Positions 17,726-27,512 are shown, counted from the stretch's first letter. The stretch: DNA of 32,000 nt from Promethearchaeota archaeon (GCA_016933055.1 JAFGBS010000027.1:1-32000); one strand, 5' to 3'. The notes: generated by a model from the sequence alone, not told the origin. Numbers and translations: made by a program.

Positions 17726-18781
17726 ATGAAAAAACGAACTTGTGCCGTAATAGGATGCTCAGGGATGGCGGGACAGCAATTCGTAGAAGCCCTTCAAAAT
17801 CATCCATGGTTCGAACTCACGGGTTTATTTGGCTCCTCGCGTACTGGTAAATCTTATAAAGCAATTATGCGTTATACTGATATTAATTTCACAACAATTA
17901 TCGAGGATATGCAAATAGAAAAGATGGATGCGTTCCAAGCTGAGGAATACGATATAGTATTTTCCGCAGTGCCTTCCGAGGTAGCTGCAGAAATAGAGGC
18001 TTCTATTGCTCAAAAAATACCAGTTGTTTCTACAGCTTCTCATTTCCGATATTTTGACGACGTTCCAATATTTCTCCCGATTGTAAATGCAAAACATTCC
18101 GATTTATTCAAGATTCAACAAGAAAACAGGAATTGGGACGGATTTGTCTGTCCTGGACCGAATTGTACAACTGTGGGCCTTTCAATTAGCTTATATCCTA
18201 TTTTTCAGAAATTTGGTCTAACCTCTGTTCATTTAACATCTATGCAAGCTGTTAGTGGAGCTGGGTACGATGGGGTCACCTCTTACGAAATTTTGGGGAA
18301 CATAATACCTCATATTCCCCAGGAAGAAGAGAAAGTCCGAAAAGAGCTGAAAAAAATACTCGCAACTTATGAAAACGGAAAATTAACGATTCCAGACATA
18401 CCAATCGAAGCTAAATGCAATCGGGTACCCGTTTTAAATGGCCATACACAATGTGTATTTTTTCAAACCAAAACAGAAGCATCTTTAGAAGAAATTCAAA
18501 AACAACTAAAGGAATTTGTTAGTGAAACTCGAGAATACAAGTTGCCTAATTGTCCCGAGAATCCAATCAAATTATATACGAAAGAGGACAAATTCCGTCC
18601 ACAACCCCGATTGGATTTAAAACAACCTAATAGTGGTATGATTACTTTTGTAGGCGGTTTAGAATCAACTGTTTTTCCAAATGGGTTCAAAATGACGGTT
18701 TTATCCCATAATACGGAAATCGGTGCAGGCCGTGGAGGCGTTTTAAGTGCAGAATATCTTACTAAAAAAGGGCTAATATAA
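17726..18781 (+). CDS. asd: Aspartate-semialdehyde dehydrogenase (archaeal-type)
   Basis: GCSGMAGQ Rossmann motif, LQNHPWF, catalytic PNCTT, SMQAVSGAG, EEEK, CNRVPVLNGH, FRPQPRLD, HNTEIGAG. Confidence 0.95.
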   Translation: MKKRTCAVIGCSGMAGQQFVEALQNHPWFELTGLFGSSRTGKSYKAIMRYTDINFTTIIEDMQIEKMDAFQAEEYDIVFSAVPSEVAAEIEASIAQKIPVVSTASHFRYFDDVPIFLPIVNAKHSDLFKIQQENRNWDGFVCPGPNCTTVGLSISLYPIFQKFGLTSVHLTSMQAVSGAGYDGVTSYEILGNIIPHIPQEEEKVRKELKKILATYENGKLTIPDIPIEAKCNRVPVLNGHTQCVFFQTKTEASLEEIQKQLKEFVSETREYKLPNCPENPIKLYTKEDKFRPQPRLDLKQPNSGMITFVGGLESTVFPNGFKMTVLSHNTEIGAGRGGVLSAEYLTKKGLI

Positions 18782-18786
18782 ATATC

Positions 18787-19701
18787 GTGAAAAAAATGGT
18801 AAACAGACTAAAACTATTAAAAAACACATTTACAGCTCTGATCTCTCCCATGGATCGAGATGGAGATTTAGATAAAAAGCAATATAGAACCTTTATTCGG
18901 TCTCAAATTGAAGCAGGATGTGGTTTAGTCCCCTGTGGAACCACGGGTGAATCTGCCACTATGTCGCATCAAGAGCATGAATCCGTGGTCCGGTGGTGTG
19001 TGGATGAAGCTAACCAATCCTCAAAAAAACCCTTTGTTCTTGCAGGTGCAGGTTCTAATTCTACTCGAGAAGCTACCAGCTTGTCAGTACATGTAGAATC
19101 TTTGGGTGTGGACGGTATTTTGAGTGTAACTCCCTATTATAATAAACCCACTCAGCAAGGTTTGTTCGAACACTATTCTGCTATTGCACGTTCAGTAGAT
19201 GTTCCTATTGTCATTTATAATGTACCTGGTAGAACAGGTTGCAATATATTGCCTGAAACTGTAGCAAAACTGGCTATAAAATTTGATAATATTAAGGGAT
19301 ATAAAGCAGCCAGTGGCAATTTAGACCAAATCATCCAAGTAATTGAACAAACCCCGGATGATTTCATTGTGATGAGTGGAGATGATGGAAAAACCTATGA
19401 TATCATGAAAATGGGAGGAAAAGGGGTAATTAGTGTGGCTTCAAATATTATTCCCAAACAAATGATTGAATTTACTAAGTTGATCGAAGATAATAAATGG
19501 GAACTTGCTTTGAGAATGAATGATAAACTTCAACCTTTGTTTAGCACTCTTTTTATAGAGTCCAATCCGGGACCAGTAAAATATGCAGCAGAATTACTAG
19601 GTATAATGGATAGAACCCTTCGATTACCTTTAGTACCGCCCACCGAGCAATCTCAAACCGCAATACGAAAAGTATTGATGGATCTCGAGCTGATAAAATG
19701 A
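18787..19701 (+). CDS. dapA: 4-hydroxy-tetrahydrodipicolinate synthase
   Basis: GTTGES, TPYYNKP, IYNVPGRTG, Schiff-base Lys in GYKAASG, SGDD, GVISVASN, FIESNPGPVK. Confidence 0.95.
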   Translation: MKKMVNRLKLLKNTFTALISPMDRDGDLDKKQYRTFIRSQIEAGCGLVPCGTTGESATMSHQEHESVVRWCVDEANQSSKKPFVLAGAGSNSTREATSLSVHVESLGVDGILSVTPYYNKPTQQGLFEHYSAIARSVDVPIVIYNVPGRTGCNILPETVAKLAIKFDNIKGYKAASGNLDQIIQVIEQTPDDFIVMSGDDGKTYDIMKMGGKGVISVASNIIPKQMIEFTKLIEDNKWELALRMNDKLQPLFSTLFIESNPGPVKYAAELLGIMDRTLRLPLVPPTEQSQTAIRKVLMDLELIK

Positions 19702-20552
19702 ACATGAGTATAATTAAAATCGGATTAATAGGTGCAGGAGGAAAAATGGGGAAAATAATTATTTCCCTAATCGAACAAAATCCTGAGTTAAATTTAACTG
19801 CTGCTTTTGAACATCCGAATTCTAGAGATTTGGGAATGCCGGTAAACTTACGTTCAAATTCTCCTTCTGAGTTAAATTACATTCCAATTACTCTGATCGA
19901 AGAAATTCTTTCTAGTACGAGTATAGATGTATGTATTGATTTTTCTCATCCAGATTGCACCAAAAAATGGGCTCCTTTTATTTTACAACACAAAATCCCT
20001 ATTGTAATCGCTACCACTGGATTATCTGATCAATTTCATGAAGAGATGCAAAAAGTAGCGAAAGAACACCGTACATCTGCATTAATTTCAACTAATATGG
20101 CATTTGGAATGAATTTATTCATTAAAACTGCTAAACAGCTCGCATCATATATACCAAATTGGGATATAGAAATAATTGAGAAACACCATCATCATAAATT
20201 GGATTCACCAAGTGGAACTGCCTTAACTTTAGCAAACGAAATAAAGCAAATCATAGCTAAGGAATCGGATTCAGAAGAAATTTTTACCTTTGGAAGAGGT
20301 AAAGGTAAATTTCCTCGAAAGATTGGTAGTAGAGAAATCGGAATTCATGCCATACGAGCAGGAGATATAGTGGGGGAACATACAATTATTTTTGCAGGTT
20401 CGGGAGAACGGTTGGAGTTTACTCACCGAGCACATTCGAGAGTATGTTTTGGTGAAGGTGCACTAAACGCAGCAAAATTCCTGTTAGAACACAAACTTCA
20501 AGGAAAACTCTATCAAATTTCAGATGTTGTTGAGTACGCTGGGAGGAAGTAA
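19698..20552 (+). CDS. dapB: 4-hydroxy-tetrahydrodipicolinate reductase
   Basis: GAGGKMG, IDFSHP, ATTG, EKHHHHKLDSPSGTA, HAIRAGDIVGEH, HRAHSR; ATGA overlap with dapA. Confidence 0.95.
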   Translation: MNMSIIKIGLIGAGGKMGKIIISLIEQNPELNLTAAFEHPNSRDLGMPVNLRSNSPSELNYIPITLIEEILSSTSIDVCIDFSHPDCTKKWAPFILQHKIPIVIATTGLSDQFHEEMQKVAKEHRTSALISTNMAFGMNLFIKTAKQLASYIPNWDIEIIEKHHHHKLDSPSGTALTLANEIKQIIAKESDSEEIFTFGRGKGKFPRKIGSREIGIHAIRAGDIVGEHTIIFAGSGERLEFTHRAHSRVCFGEGALNAAKFLLEHKLQGKLYQISDVVEYAGRK

Positions 20553-20558
20553 ATAAGA

Positions 20559-22730
20559 ATGGAATATTTAAAGTGGTTGAAAAATAAGGATTTAGAATAC
20601 AGGGATGGGGAATTATTCTTCGGAGAACACTGTGTATCCTCGCTGGGGGAAAAATTCGGTACTCCCACTTTTATCATAAACGAATCCACTATTCGAAAAC
20701 GCTATGATGAACTTCACTCAATATTAAAAACGATAAATTCAAACATGCAGATCAATTTTGCCGTCAAGGCTAATAATAACTTGCATGTTTTACGGTTACT
20801 TGATTCCTTGGGGGGACATTTTGATGTAGTATCTTCAGGGGAAGCCTTCTTGTGTAAAGCTGCAGGTATTCAGCCTGGTAAGATTTTACAAACCAGCAAT
20901 AATTGGACGGATGAAGAACTCGAATATGCTGTAAAAAACCATATCTCTATTAATTTAGATGCTCCTTCCCAAATTCACCGTTTAAATAACATTGTCAATA
21001 AATACGATGCAGAGAAACCAATTGTTTCATTTCGAGTTAATCCGATTTTTGGAGCGGGGCACCATTCACACACCATTACTGCGGGAGAACACGTAAAATT
21101 TGGTATATTAGAAGATAAAATAGTAGAAGTGTACAAACAGGCCTTAAATGCGGGATTCAAACGCTTAGGAATTCATATTCACATAGGTTCTGGGATCTTA
21201 AATGCTGCAGAATTCGAGAAAGCAATTCAAAAATATTACAATATCATCCAGAAAATCATTTCCGAACTCGATATTATTTTTGAGTTTATCGATTTTGGAG
21301 GAGGGTTAGGAATTCCCTATAAACCCGATCAAGATCCTATAAATGTTCAAGGATACGCAAATCTAATAAAAAAATACCATGAGGAATTTACAAGAAAATT
21401 GAATTTAGGAAATCCGAAATTTATATTCGAACCCGGAAGATTTTTGACAGCTGAATCTTGTATTATTGTATCAAAAATTAATACAATCAAAAAACGCAGT
21501 AATAAGATATTCATCGGATGTGATACGGGATTCAATACTTTAATTCGACCAGCATTTTACGGTTCTTATCACCATATTATTCCTACCCAAGATATTGAAA
21601 GCTATATGGATAAGAATGTGGATATTGTGGGTCAAATTTGTGAATCTGGTGATGTTCTCGGCAGGGATCGGCATTTTCCTCAAGTGAAAGAAGGGGACTA
21701 CATTTGTATTATGGATACAGGTGCATATGGATATTCCATGTCATCAAATTACAATGCGCGACCAAGAGCGATGGAATTATGGATTCACAATAATCAACCT
21801 CCTAAAATCGTGAGAACGAGAGAAAATTTTACCAGTCTTCTAGAAAATCAAGTAATTTCTTTGCCTTCTGAAGTATTTACACAATCAATTCCCTTTATTA
21901 AAATGCATGGCACAGGAAATGATTACATCTACTTGGATTTTTTCAAATATACATACCCCGAGATCAATTATTTCGATTTGGCAAGAAAAATTAGTCATCG
22001 GAGATTTGGTGTAGGTGGAGATGGATTAGTGCTAATAATACCCAAATCAACAAATGTTGTTCGCATGAGAATGTTCAATACAGATGGTTCTGAATCTGAA
22101 ATGTGTGGAAATGCAATTCGATGCATAGGTGGATACTGTTACGGACAAGGATATGTAAATACATCTGAGTTTTTTGTAGAAACAGAGGGGGGGATAAAAA
22201 AGATTATTGTATTAGGACCCAACAAAATTCGAGTGAATATGGGTTCTCCAATATTAGAAGGATTGAAAATTCCTACCTCTGTTGATAGAACTCCAGTAAT
22301 TGATCATGAAATTTCTGTAAATGGATTCTCGGGTAAGTTTACTGCTGTATCCATGGGGAATCCTCATGCAGTGTATTTTTTAAACGATATTTCATCATTA
22401 AATTTGGAAAAAATAGGTTCTCTTCTTGAGCATCATCCCTTTTTCCCAGAACGCGTAAATTCAGAATTTGTTGAAATCCTCAATCGAAATGAAGTGAATT
22501 TCAGAGTTTGGGAAAGAGGATCAGGTGAAACTTGGGCGTGCGGAACAGGTGCTTCAGCAGCTTTAGTAGCGGGAGTGCTGAAGGGAGTTTTGGACAATAA
22601 AGTATTATTTCACTTAAAAGGAGGAGATCTTACGCTCGAAACTAATGAAGATTTAACTGAGGTCTGGAAAACGGGACCTTGGGAATTTATTGGTGAAGGA
22701 ATGTACAGATATTCTCAGAATTTATCTTAA
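20559..22730 (+). CDS. lysA-dapF: Bifunctional diaminopimelate decarboxylase / diaminopimelate epimerase (LysA-DapF fusion)
   Basis: Residues 1-~435: FAVKAN (PLP Lys), HIGS, DFGGG, EPGR, ICESGD, GAYGYSMSSNYN. Residues ~444-723: FIKMHGTGND, EMCGNAIRC, SMGNPH, RVNSEF, WERGSGETWACGTG. One reading frame with no stop. Confidence 0.95.
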   Translation: MEYLKWLKNKDLEYRDGELFFGEHCVSSLGEKFGTPTFIINESTIRKRYDELHSILKTINSNMQINFAVKANNNLHVLRLLDSLGGHFDVVSSGEAFLCKAAGIQPGKILQTSNNWTDEELEYAVKNHISINLDAPSQIHRLNNIVNKYDAEKPIVSFRVNPIFGAGHHSHTITAGEHVKFGILEDKIVEVYKQALNAGFKRLGIHIHIGSGILNAAEFEKAIQKYYNIIQKIISELDIIFEFIDFGGGLGIPYKPDQDPINVQGYANLIKKYHEEFTRKLNLGNPKFIFEPGRFLTAESCIIVSKINTIKKRSNKIFIGCDTGFNTLIRPAFYGSYHHIIPTQDIESYMDKNVDIVGQICESGDVLGRDRHFPQVKEGDYICIMDTGAYGYSMSSNYNARPRAMELWIHNNQPPKIVRTRENFTSLLENQVISLPSEVFTQSIPFIKMHGTGNDYIYLDFFKYTYPEINYFDLARKISHRRFGVGGDGLVLIIPKSTNVVRMRMFNTDGSESEMCGNAIRCIGGYCYGQGYVNTSEFFVETEGGIKKIIVLGPNKIRVNMGSPILEGLKIPTSVDRTPVIDHEISVNGFSGKFTAVSMGNPHAVYFLNDISSLNLEKIGSLLEHHPFFPERVNSEFVEILNRNEVNFRVWERGSGETWACGTGASAALVAGVLKGVLDNKVLFHLKGGDLTLETNEDLTEVWKTGPWEFIGEGMYRYSQNLS

Positions 22731-22762
22731 AATTAAAAGGAAATTGAAAACAGCCTAAAAAA

Positions 22763-24208
22763 ATGACAGACGAATTACAAATAATGAAAATTGGAGGATC
22801 CTGCTTATCCTCTGCTCAATCGTTTAACCAAATTGTAAACATTATAAATGAAACCCCATCTTCCATGGTCTTAGTTTTTTCTGCGTTTAATGGAATTACA
22901 GATCAACTGATTGAGACTATAGATTTAGCTTGCGAGGGAGAATCCCGAGCACTCAGTGCAAAATTAAAACGAATAGAGACGTTCCACGAGGAACTAATTG
23001 ATGGACTGTTCGAGGATTACCCCAAAGCCTTCAATGAAATGCGTTTGACACTTCAAGAAGTGATCGGTAAATTGATTTACTTACTTGAAGAATTAAAAGA
23101 ATTTGGTTGGAGTCCCTATTTCAAGGACTCGATCATGTCTTTTGGGGAAAAATTAAGTACTGCAATCATTTCAAAATTTCTCACTCTTAATCAGATCGAC
23201 CATGTGGTGTATCATGGAGAAGATCTAATCATTACTAATGACAAATTCGGGGATGCGATTGCGAATTTACCCTACACACAAAAACGTGTAGAGAGAGATT
23301 TACTCCCGAAACTTGCTAACAATCATTATAAAAAAGTTATATGCGTTGAAGGTTTCATAGGAAGAAGTATATCTGGCTTGACAACCACTTTAGGACGTGG
23401 TGGAACGGATTACACAGCAGCCGTGTTAGCTAGGACTCTTGCAGTAACGGGCAAATTCAAATCCATTTCCTTGATATTGTGGAAAGATGTAGCAGGCATC
23501 TATTCTGCGGATCCGAAATATGTGGAACACGCGAAATATTTAGATACTATCAGTTATGCTATGGCTAAGGAATTGAGTTTTTTTGGTGCGAAAATCTTGC
23601 ATCCCAAATGTATTTCCATAATTGAATCTTTCAATATTCCGGTTTACATTAAGAAATTCCCAGCTGATGAAGATAGGGAATCATCAAAGCAAGAGGATAT
23701 TGGCACTTTAATTACGGCAGAAGAATGCGAGAAAAATATATATTCAATCAGTATCATCCAAGAAGCTTATATTATATCAGTTACATCTGAGACTTTTGTC
23801 AACGCTCCTGGGATTTTAGGAGAAATTTTTTCGAAATTAGGGGAAGAGGAAATTAGCGTTAATGTTGTCACCCAATCCAGCTCTGAAATTAATACATCCT
23901 TCGTGATCTCAAAATCAGACGGTCCAGAAGCTATGAAAATTTTGAAATCTAATCCTAAATTCGAGGAATGGTTCAAGATCAAGATGGAATTAGTTGGTAT
24001 CATAGCTATTATCGGGAAGGATATCGCTACCAGTAAGAATCAAACAAAGATCTATCATGCATTAAGTAAAGTGGGAATTAATCCAATAGCTGTAGCCCAA
24101 GCTAGCGATGCTTTAAACATATCCATTATTATATCCAAAAATGCCATTAAAACGGCAGCAAATGCCATTAATGAGGCATTTTTCAAATCTAAAAAAGGAG
24201 AACAATAA
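22763..24208 (+). CDS. lysC: Aspartate kinase with C-terminal ACT domains
   Basis: MKIGGS, VFSA, SFGEKLS, TTLGRGGTDYTA, DVAGIYSADP, ELSFFGAKILHP; two ACT repeats. Confidence 0.93.
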   Translation: MTDELQIMKIGGSCLSSAQSFNQIVNIINETPSSMVLVFSAFNGITDQLIETIDLACEGESRALSAKLKRIETFHEELIDGLFEDYPKAFNEMRLTLQEVIGKLIYLLEELKEFGWSPYFKDSIMSFGEKLSTAIISKFLTLNQIDHVVYHGEDLIITNDKFGDAIANLPYTQKRVERDLLPKLANNHYKKVICVEGFIGRSISGLTTTLGRGGTDYTAAVLARTLAVTGKFKSISLILWKDVAGIYSADPKYVEHAKYLDTISYAMAKELSFFGAKILHPKCISIIESFNIPVYIKKFPADEDRESSKQEDIGTLITAEECEKNIYSISIIQEAYIISVTSETFVNAPGILGEIFSKLGEEEISVNVVTQSSSEINTSFVISKSDGPEAMKILKSNPKFEEWFKIKMELVGIIAIIGKDIATSKNQTKIYHALSKVGINPIAVAQASDALNISIIISKNAIKTAANAINEAFFKSKKGEQ

Positions 24209-25453
24209 ATGGTCCATATAAACGAAAACTTTCTCAAATTAAAATCTCGTTACTTATTTTCTAGGATCGGAGAAAAAACTAGCGAGTATCAGAACACACA
24301 CCCAGATAAAAAAGTTATTCGGTTCGGTATAGGGGACACGACCCAACCATTACCATCTACAATACTTCACGCATTCCATCGTGGAGTAGATGAGATGGGA
24401 GATGCTGCAACATATAGAGGATATGGACCTGAACAAGGCTACCTATTTTTACGAGAATTAATTGCTAAATTCGACTTTCAAGAGCGAGGAGCAGACATTA
24501 AACCTGATGAGATATTCATCAGTGATGGATCAAAATGTGACACGGGCAATATATTGGATATTTTTGGTGAAAATATTGTAGGGATTACGGATCCCGCATA
24601 TCCCGTATACGTTGATACCAACATTATGGCTGGAAATAGCGGACCTATACAATCTAATGGTCAATATGAAGGATTAGTGTATCTTTCCGCAAATGAAGCT
24701 AATAAATTTTGTCCAGAACCCCCTAATCATCAAGTTGATATAATTTACTTATGTTCTCCTAATAATCCTACAGGAGTTGCAATGAATAGGCAACAATTGA
24801 CACAATGGGTAAATTACGCTCTTGATCATCATTCTGTGATTTTGTTTGATGCAGCCTACGAAAAATACATCCGAGATGACAATTTTCCTCATTCTATTTT
24901 CGAAATTCCCCATGCGAAAAAAGTCGCGATTGAGTTCCGAAGTTTTTCTAAAACTGCGGGATTTACAGGAGCTCGTTGTGCTTTTACCGTAGTTCCAAAA
25001 GACTTGATGGGAGAAGATAGTGTAGGAACTTCAGTTTCACTGCATGATTTGTGGAATCGAAGGCATTCTACGAAATTCAATGGAGTATCGTATCCGGTTC
25101 AATGCGCAGCAGCTGCGGCATACACTGAACAAGGGAACAAAGAGATCACTGAGCTACTTAATTATTACCGTTATAACGCTGAATTGATAAAAAAAACTTT
25201 ACAGAAAATAGGATTCCATTATTGGGGTGGCGAAAATTCTCCCTATATTTGGGTAAAGACTCCTCAGAACCTCAGTTCATGGGAATTTTTTGATTTCATG
25301 CTGAACAATCTCCAAATTGTGATAACACCAGGTTCTGGATTTGGAATTGCAGGGGAAGAATATTTCCGAATTACGTGTTTTGGCAATCATGAGGATACAC
25401 AAATTGCAACTGAACGCATGTTAAGATGGGATTGGAATGAACTTATCCCATAA
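24209..25453 (+). CDS. dapL: LL-diaminopimelate aminotransferase
   Basis: INENFLKL..YLF, GIGDTTQP, GYGPEQG, SDGSKCD, DPAYPVY, CSPNNPTG, DAAYE, SFSKTAGFTGARC (PLP Lys), NSPYIW, TPGSGFG. The start abuts the lysC stop (TAAATG) with an upstream GGAG. Confidence 0.95.
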   Translation: MVHINENFLKLKSRYLFSRIGEKTSEYQNTHPDKKVIRFGIGDTTQPLPSTILHAFHRGVDEMGDAATYRGYGPEQGYLFLRELIAKFDFQERGADIKPDEIFISDGSKCDTGNILDIFGENIVGITDPAYPVYVDTNIMAGNSGPIQSNGQYEGLVYLSANEANKFCPEPPNHQVDIIYLCSPNNPTGVAMNRQQLTQWVNYALDHHSVILFDAAYEKYIRDDNFPHSIFEIPHAKKVAIEFRSFSKTAGFTGARCAFTVVPKDLMGEDSVGTSVSLHDLWNRRHSTKFNGVSYPVQCAAAAAYTEQGNKEITELLNYYRYNAELIKKTLQKIGFHYWGGENSPYIWVKTPQNLSSWEFFDFMLNNLQIVITPGSGFGIAGEEYFRITCFGNHEDTQIATERMLRWDWNELIP

Positions 25454-25494
25454 TCGCTGATGTGTTCAATATTAAATCTTACCCCTTAGTAAAG

Positions 25495-25503
25495 AAAAAA
25501 AAA
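25495..25503 (-). terminator. Oligo-T (T9 on minus strand) terminator candidate after thyX
   Basis: A9 run on the + strand ~30 nt beyond the thyX stop, in the convergent dapL/thyX gap. Confidence 0.4.
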
Positions 25504-25533
25504 TCTTGTATCAGGTGGATTGATAGGAAATTT

Positions 25534-26244
25534 TTATTTTAGTTCATATTTTTCCTTAAAAGCATCCAAACAGATCGGTACGGTTTCTTCTAAAATATCT
25601 AAAATCGCTTTTGCATACTGCCGGATCTCCCATTGGGCTTCGGGTGTTATTCTCAATTTCACAAAATGCAGTAAATTTCGCAGATTTACGGTTGCATAAA
25701 ACTCTGTGTACATGTTTTGGGGAAGCACCATCCGTGCATGTTCTCTGGCGATCCCCATTTCTAAAAGTACATCATATGCATTTAAAGCTAATTCACTCTG
25801 CTTTATGACCGTATTTCGTGCAATGTCGTTATTTATTTCCTCCGAAAAGACTGAACCTTGCTTATTTGTAAGATCCTGTTTTCGAAATCTATCGGGTATA
25901 TAAAATTGAATATTTTTACTTGTATACCTCCGACTAATCTCATTATATGACCATGTGCGGTGCCGAAACCATTGAGACCTCACGAATAGAGGACATACAA
26001 CATGAAATTTGAAAACAATATGTTCAAAAGGACTCATATGATCATGTAACATCAGATAACGAATCAATCGTGTATCTTCTTCATCATTTTTTCTTCCTTG
26101 ACCGAATGACACACGTGCTGACTGAACTACACTCCAGTCATCCCCGATATATTCGATTAACCGTATAAAACTTTTTCCGTCCTCGAGAACATCGATCGGT
26201 TTGCTATAGAATTTGTTAAGGTCATCCATTACTTTTTGTAACAT
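25534..26244 (-). CDS. thyX: FAD-dependent thymidylate synthase
   Basis: SARVSF, HMSPFEH, ThyX motif RHRTWSYNEISRRY (RHRx7SxR), REHARMVLP, NLRNLLHF..LR, AQWEIR. Confidence 0.96.
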   Translation of the reverse strand: MLQKVMDDLNKFYSKPIDVLEDGKSFIRLIEYIGDDWSVVQSARVSFGQGRKNDEEDTRLIRYLMLHDHMSPFEHIVFKFHVVCPLFVRSQWFRHRTWSYNEISRRYTSKNIQFYIPDRFRKQDLTNKQGSVFSEEINNDIARNTVIKQSELALNAYDVLLEMGIAREHARMVLPQNMYTEFYATVNLRNLLHFVKLRITPEAQWEIRQYAKAILDILEETVPICLDAFKEKYELK

Positions 26245-26493
26245 GCATCCTTTGTTTTCATTCTTTTGGTTATTTTTTAATGAATTTTTTTTCTATGGTT
26301 TACCCCTCAAACTACGCTAATAACTTACTCCATGGTTCTATCGAACAATTTCGTAGGTTTTCGCGTAGGTGTTCCTTATACGCCTAAGGAGTTCTGTTTT
26401 TGACGTTCAACCGAGTTTTACGATAGTATTACGTTAAAACGTTTACTTACCTATCCAAAGATAGGTGATGGGTTAGAATAGGTGTGCAGATAA

Positions 26494-26972
26494 ATCAAAA
26501 GTATTGATGCAAGTGTTAACTGGAGTTCACCAATGCATGTAAATGAAGTTTCATTGGGAAATCAAAGGATTTCTGAGTTATATATTGGTCAAAATAATGT
26601 AATTCATGTTGTATGGCTTGATGCACGTGTGGGAGGAAAATATGATTACTACTATAGCTATTCCACCGAGGGTGGATTAATATTTTCAGAAAATGAACGA
26701 ATCCCCGATAAAGGATTCGATGATACTTTTACACGACCCGGAGATTATTTCTATAGGAGATAAGGGATATATGTGTAGTTTAGACAGATAACAGAAATGG
26801 AGAGAAACATGACATACATTTCGCGCGCCAAGGACTGTGTATCTTCCCTATATGGGCAACTGCTATAATCTCCTCAATTGGTGTTATTACAATCGCGTCA
26901 GTGGTTTTTATGTTGGTGCGTATACGAAAAATTTATTTTTATTTTATCTTCTATAAATCATTCAATTTTTAG
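26494..26972 (+). pseudogene. Decayed gene for an Asp-box/BNR (sialidase-like beta-propeller) protein with C-terminal membrane anchor
   Basis: Frame 1: *IKSIDASVNWSSPMHVNE...IHVVWLDARVGGKYDYYYSYSTEGGLIFSENERI...PGDYF. After frameshift(s), frame 3: VV*TDNRNGEKHDIHFAR (TAG at 26781-26783 where the repeat expects Trp), then a hydrophobic anchor IWATAIISSIGVITIASVVFMLV-RIRK, stop 26970-26972. Confidence 0.7.
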
Positions 26973-26994
26973 TAATGATAATATTCTATTTCTT

Positions 26995-27510
26995 ATGAAG
27001 AAAGTTCCGTTTGGAAGAATAGATGTGATGCTACGAGAATATGATCTTAAGCGAGATCCAGAAAAATTAGTTGCTCATCTTTTCAATACAATGGACTCGT
27101 GGGAGGAGAATATCCAATCAGTTTTCGAAGGAGATAAATGGTTCCAAGAACCGAACCAATTTCGAAGAAGATTAGTTGCTGAAATTGAAGGAGAGTTATT
27201 TGCTACGGTTACTGTTGAACGAGGATTAAGTCCATATGGATCCCATCGATTTCGTTTGTATTCCGTAGTTACAGCTCCTCAGTACCAAGGAAGTGGGTTA
27301 AGTCAGATACTCCTCGAGTATGTACGTGAATGGATTAAAACCCAAGGAGGTACTCTTATCTTAGTAGAAACTTGGGAAAGCAACATTCCAGCAAGAAAAT
27401 TTTACGAAAAATTAGGTTTTAAAGAATACGGAAGATTGCCAAAGGGATTATATAAAAGAAATAAAAATGGATATGAGAGTGAAATTTTATTATATCTGGA
27501 AATTGAGTGA
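26995..27510 (+). CDS. GNAT-family N-acetyltransferase
   Basis: 'VVTAPQYQGSGLS' motif A and 'VETWESNIPARKFYEKLGF' motif B. Start moved from 26878 to ATG 26995 because the upstream extension overlaps the pseudogene. Confidence 0.9.
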   Translation: MKKVPFGRIDVMLREYDLKRDPEKLVAHLFNTMDSWEENIQSVFEGDKWFQEPNQFRRRLVAEIEGELFATVTVERGLSPYGSHRFRLYSVVTAPQYQGSGLSQILLEYVREWIKTQGGTLILVETWESNIPARKFYEKLGFKEYGRLPKGLYKRNKNGYESEILLYLEIE

Positions 27511-27512
27511 TT

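Noticed and set aside
26878-26994. N-terminal 39-aa extension of the second GNAT
   Set aside because: It overlaps the TM-anchor segment of the Asp-box pseudogene in another frame; ATG 26995 gives a normal-sized GNAT.
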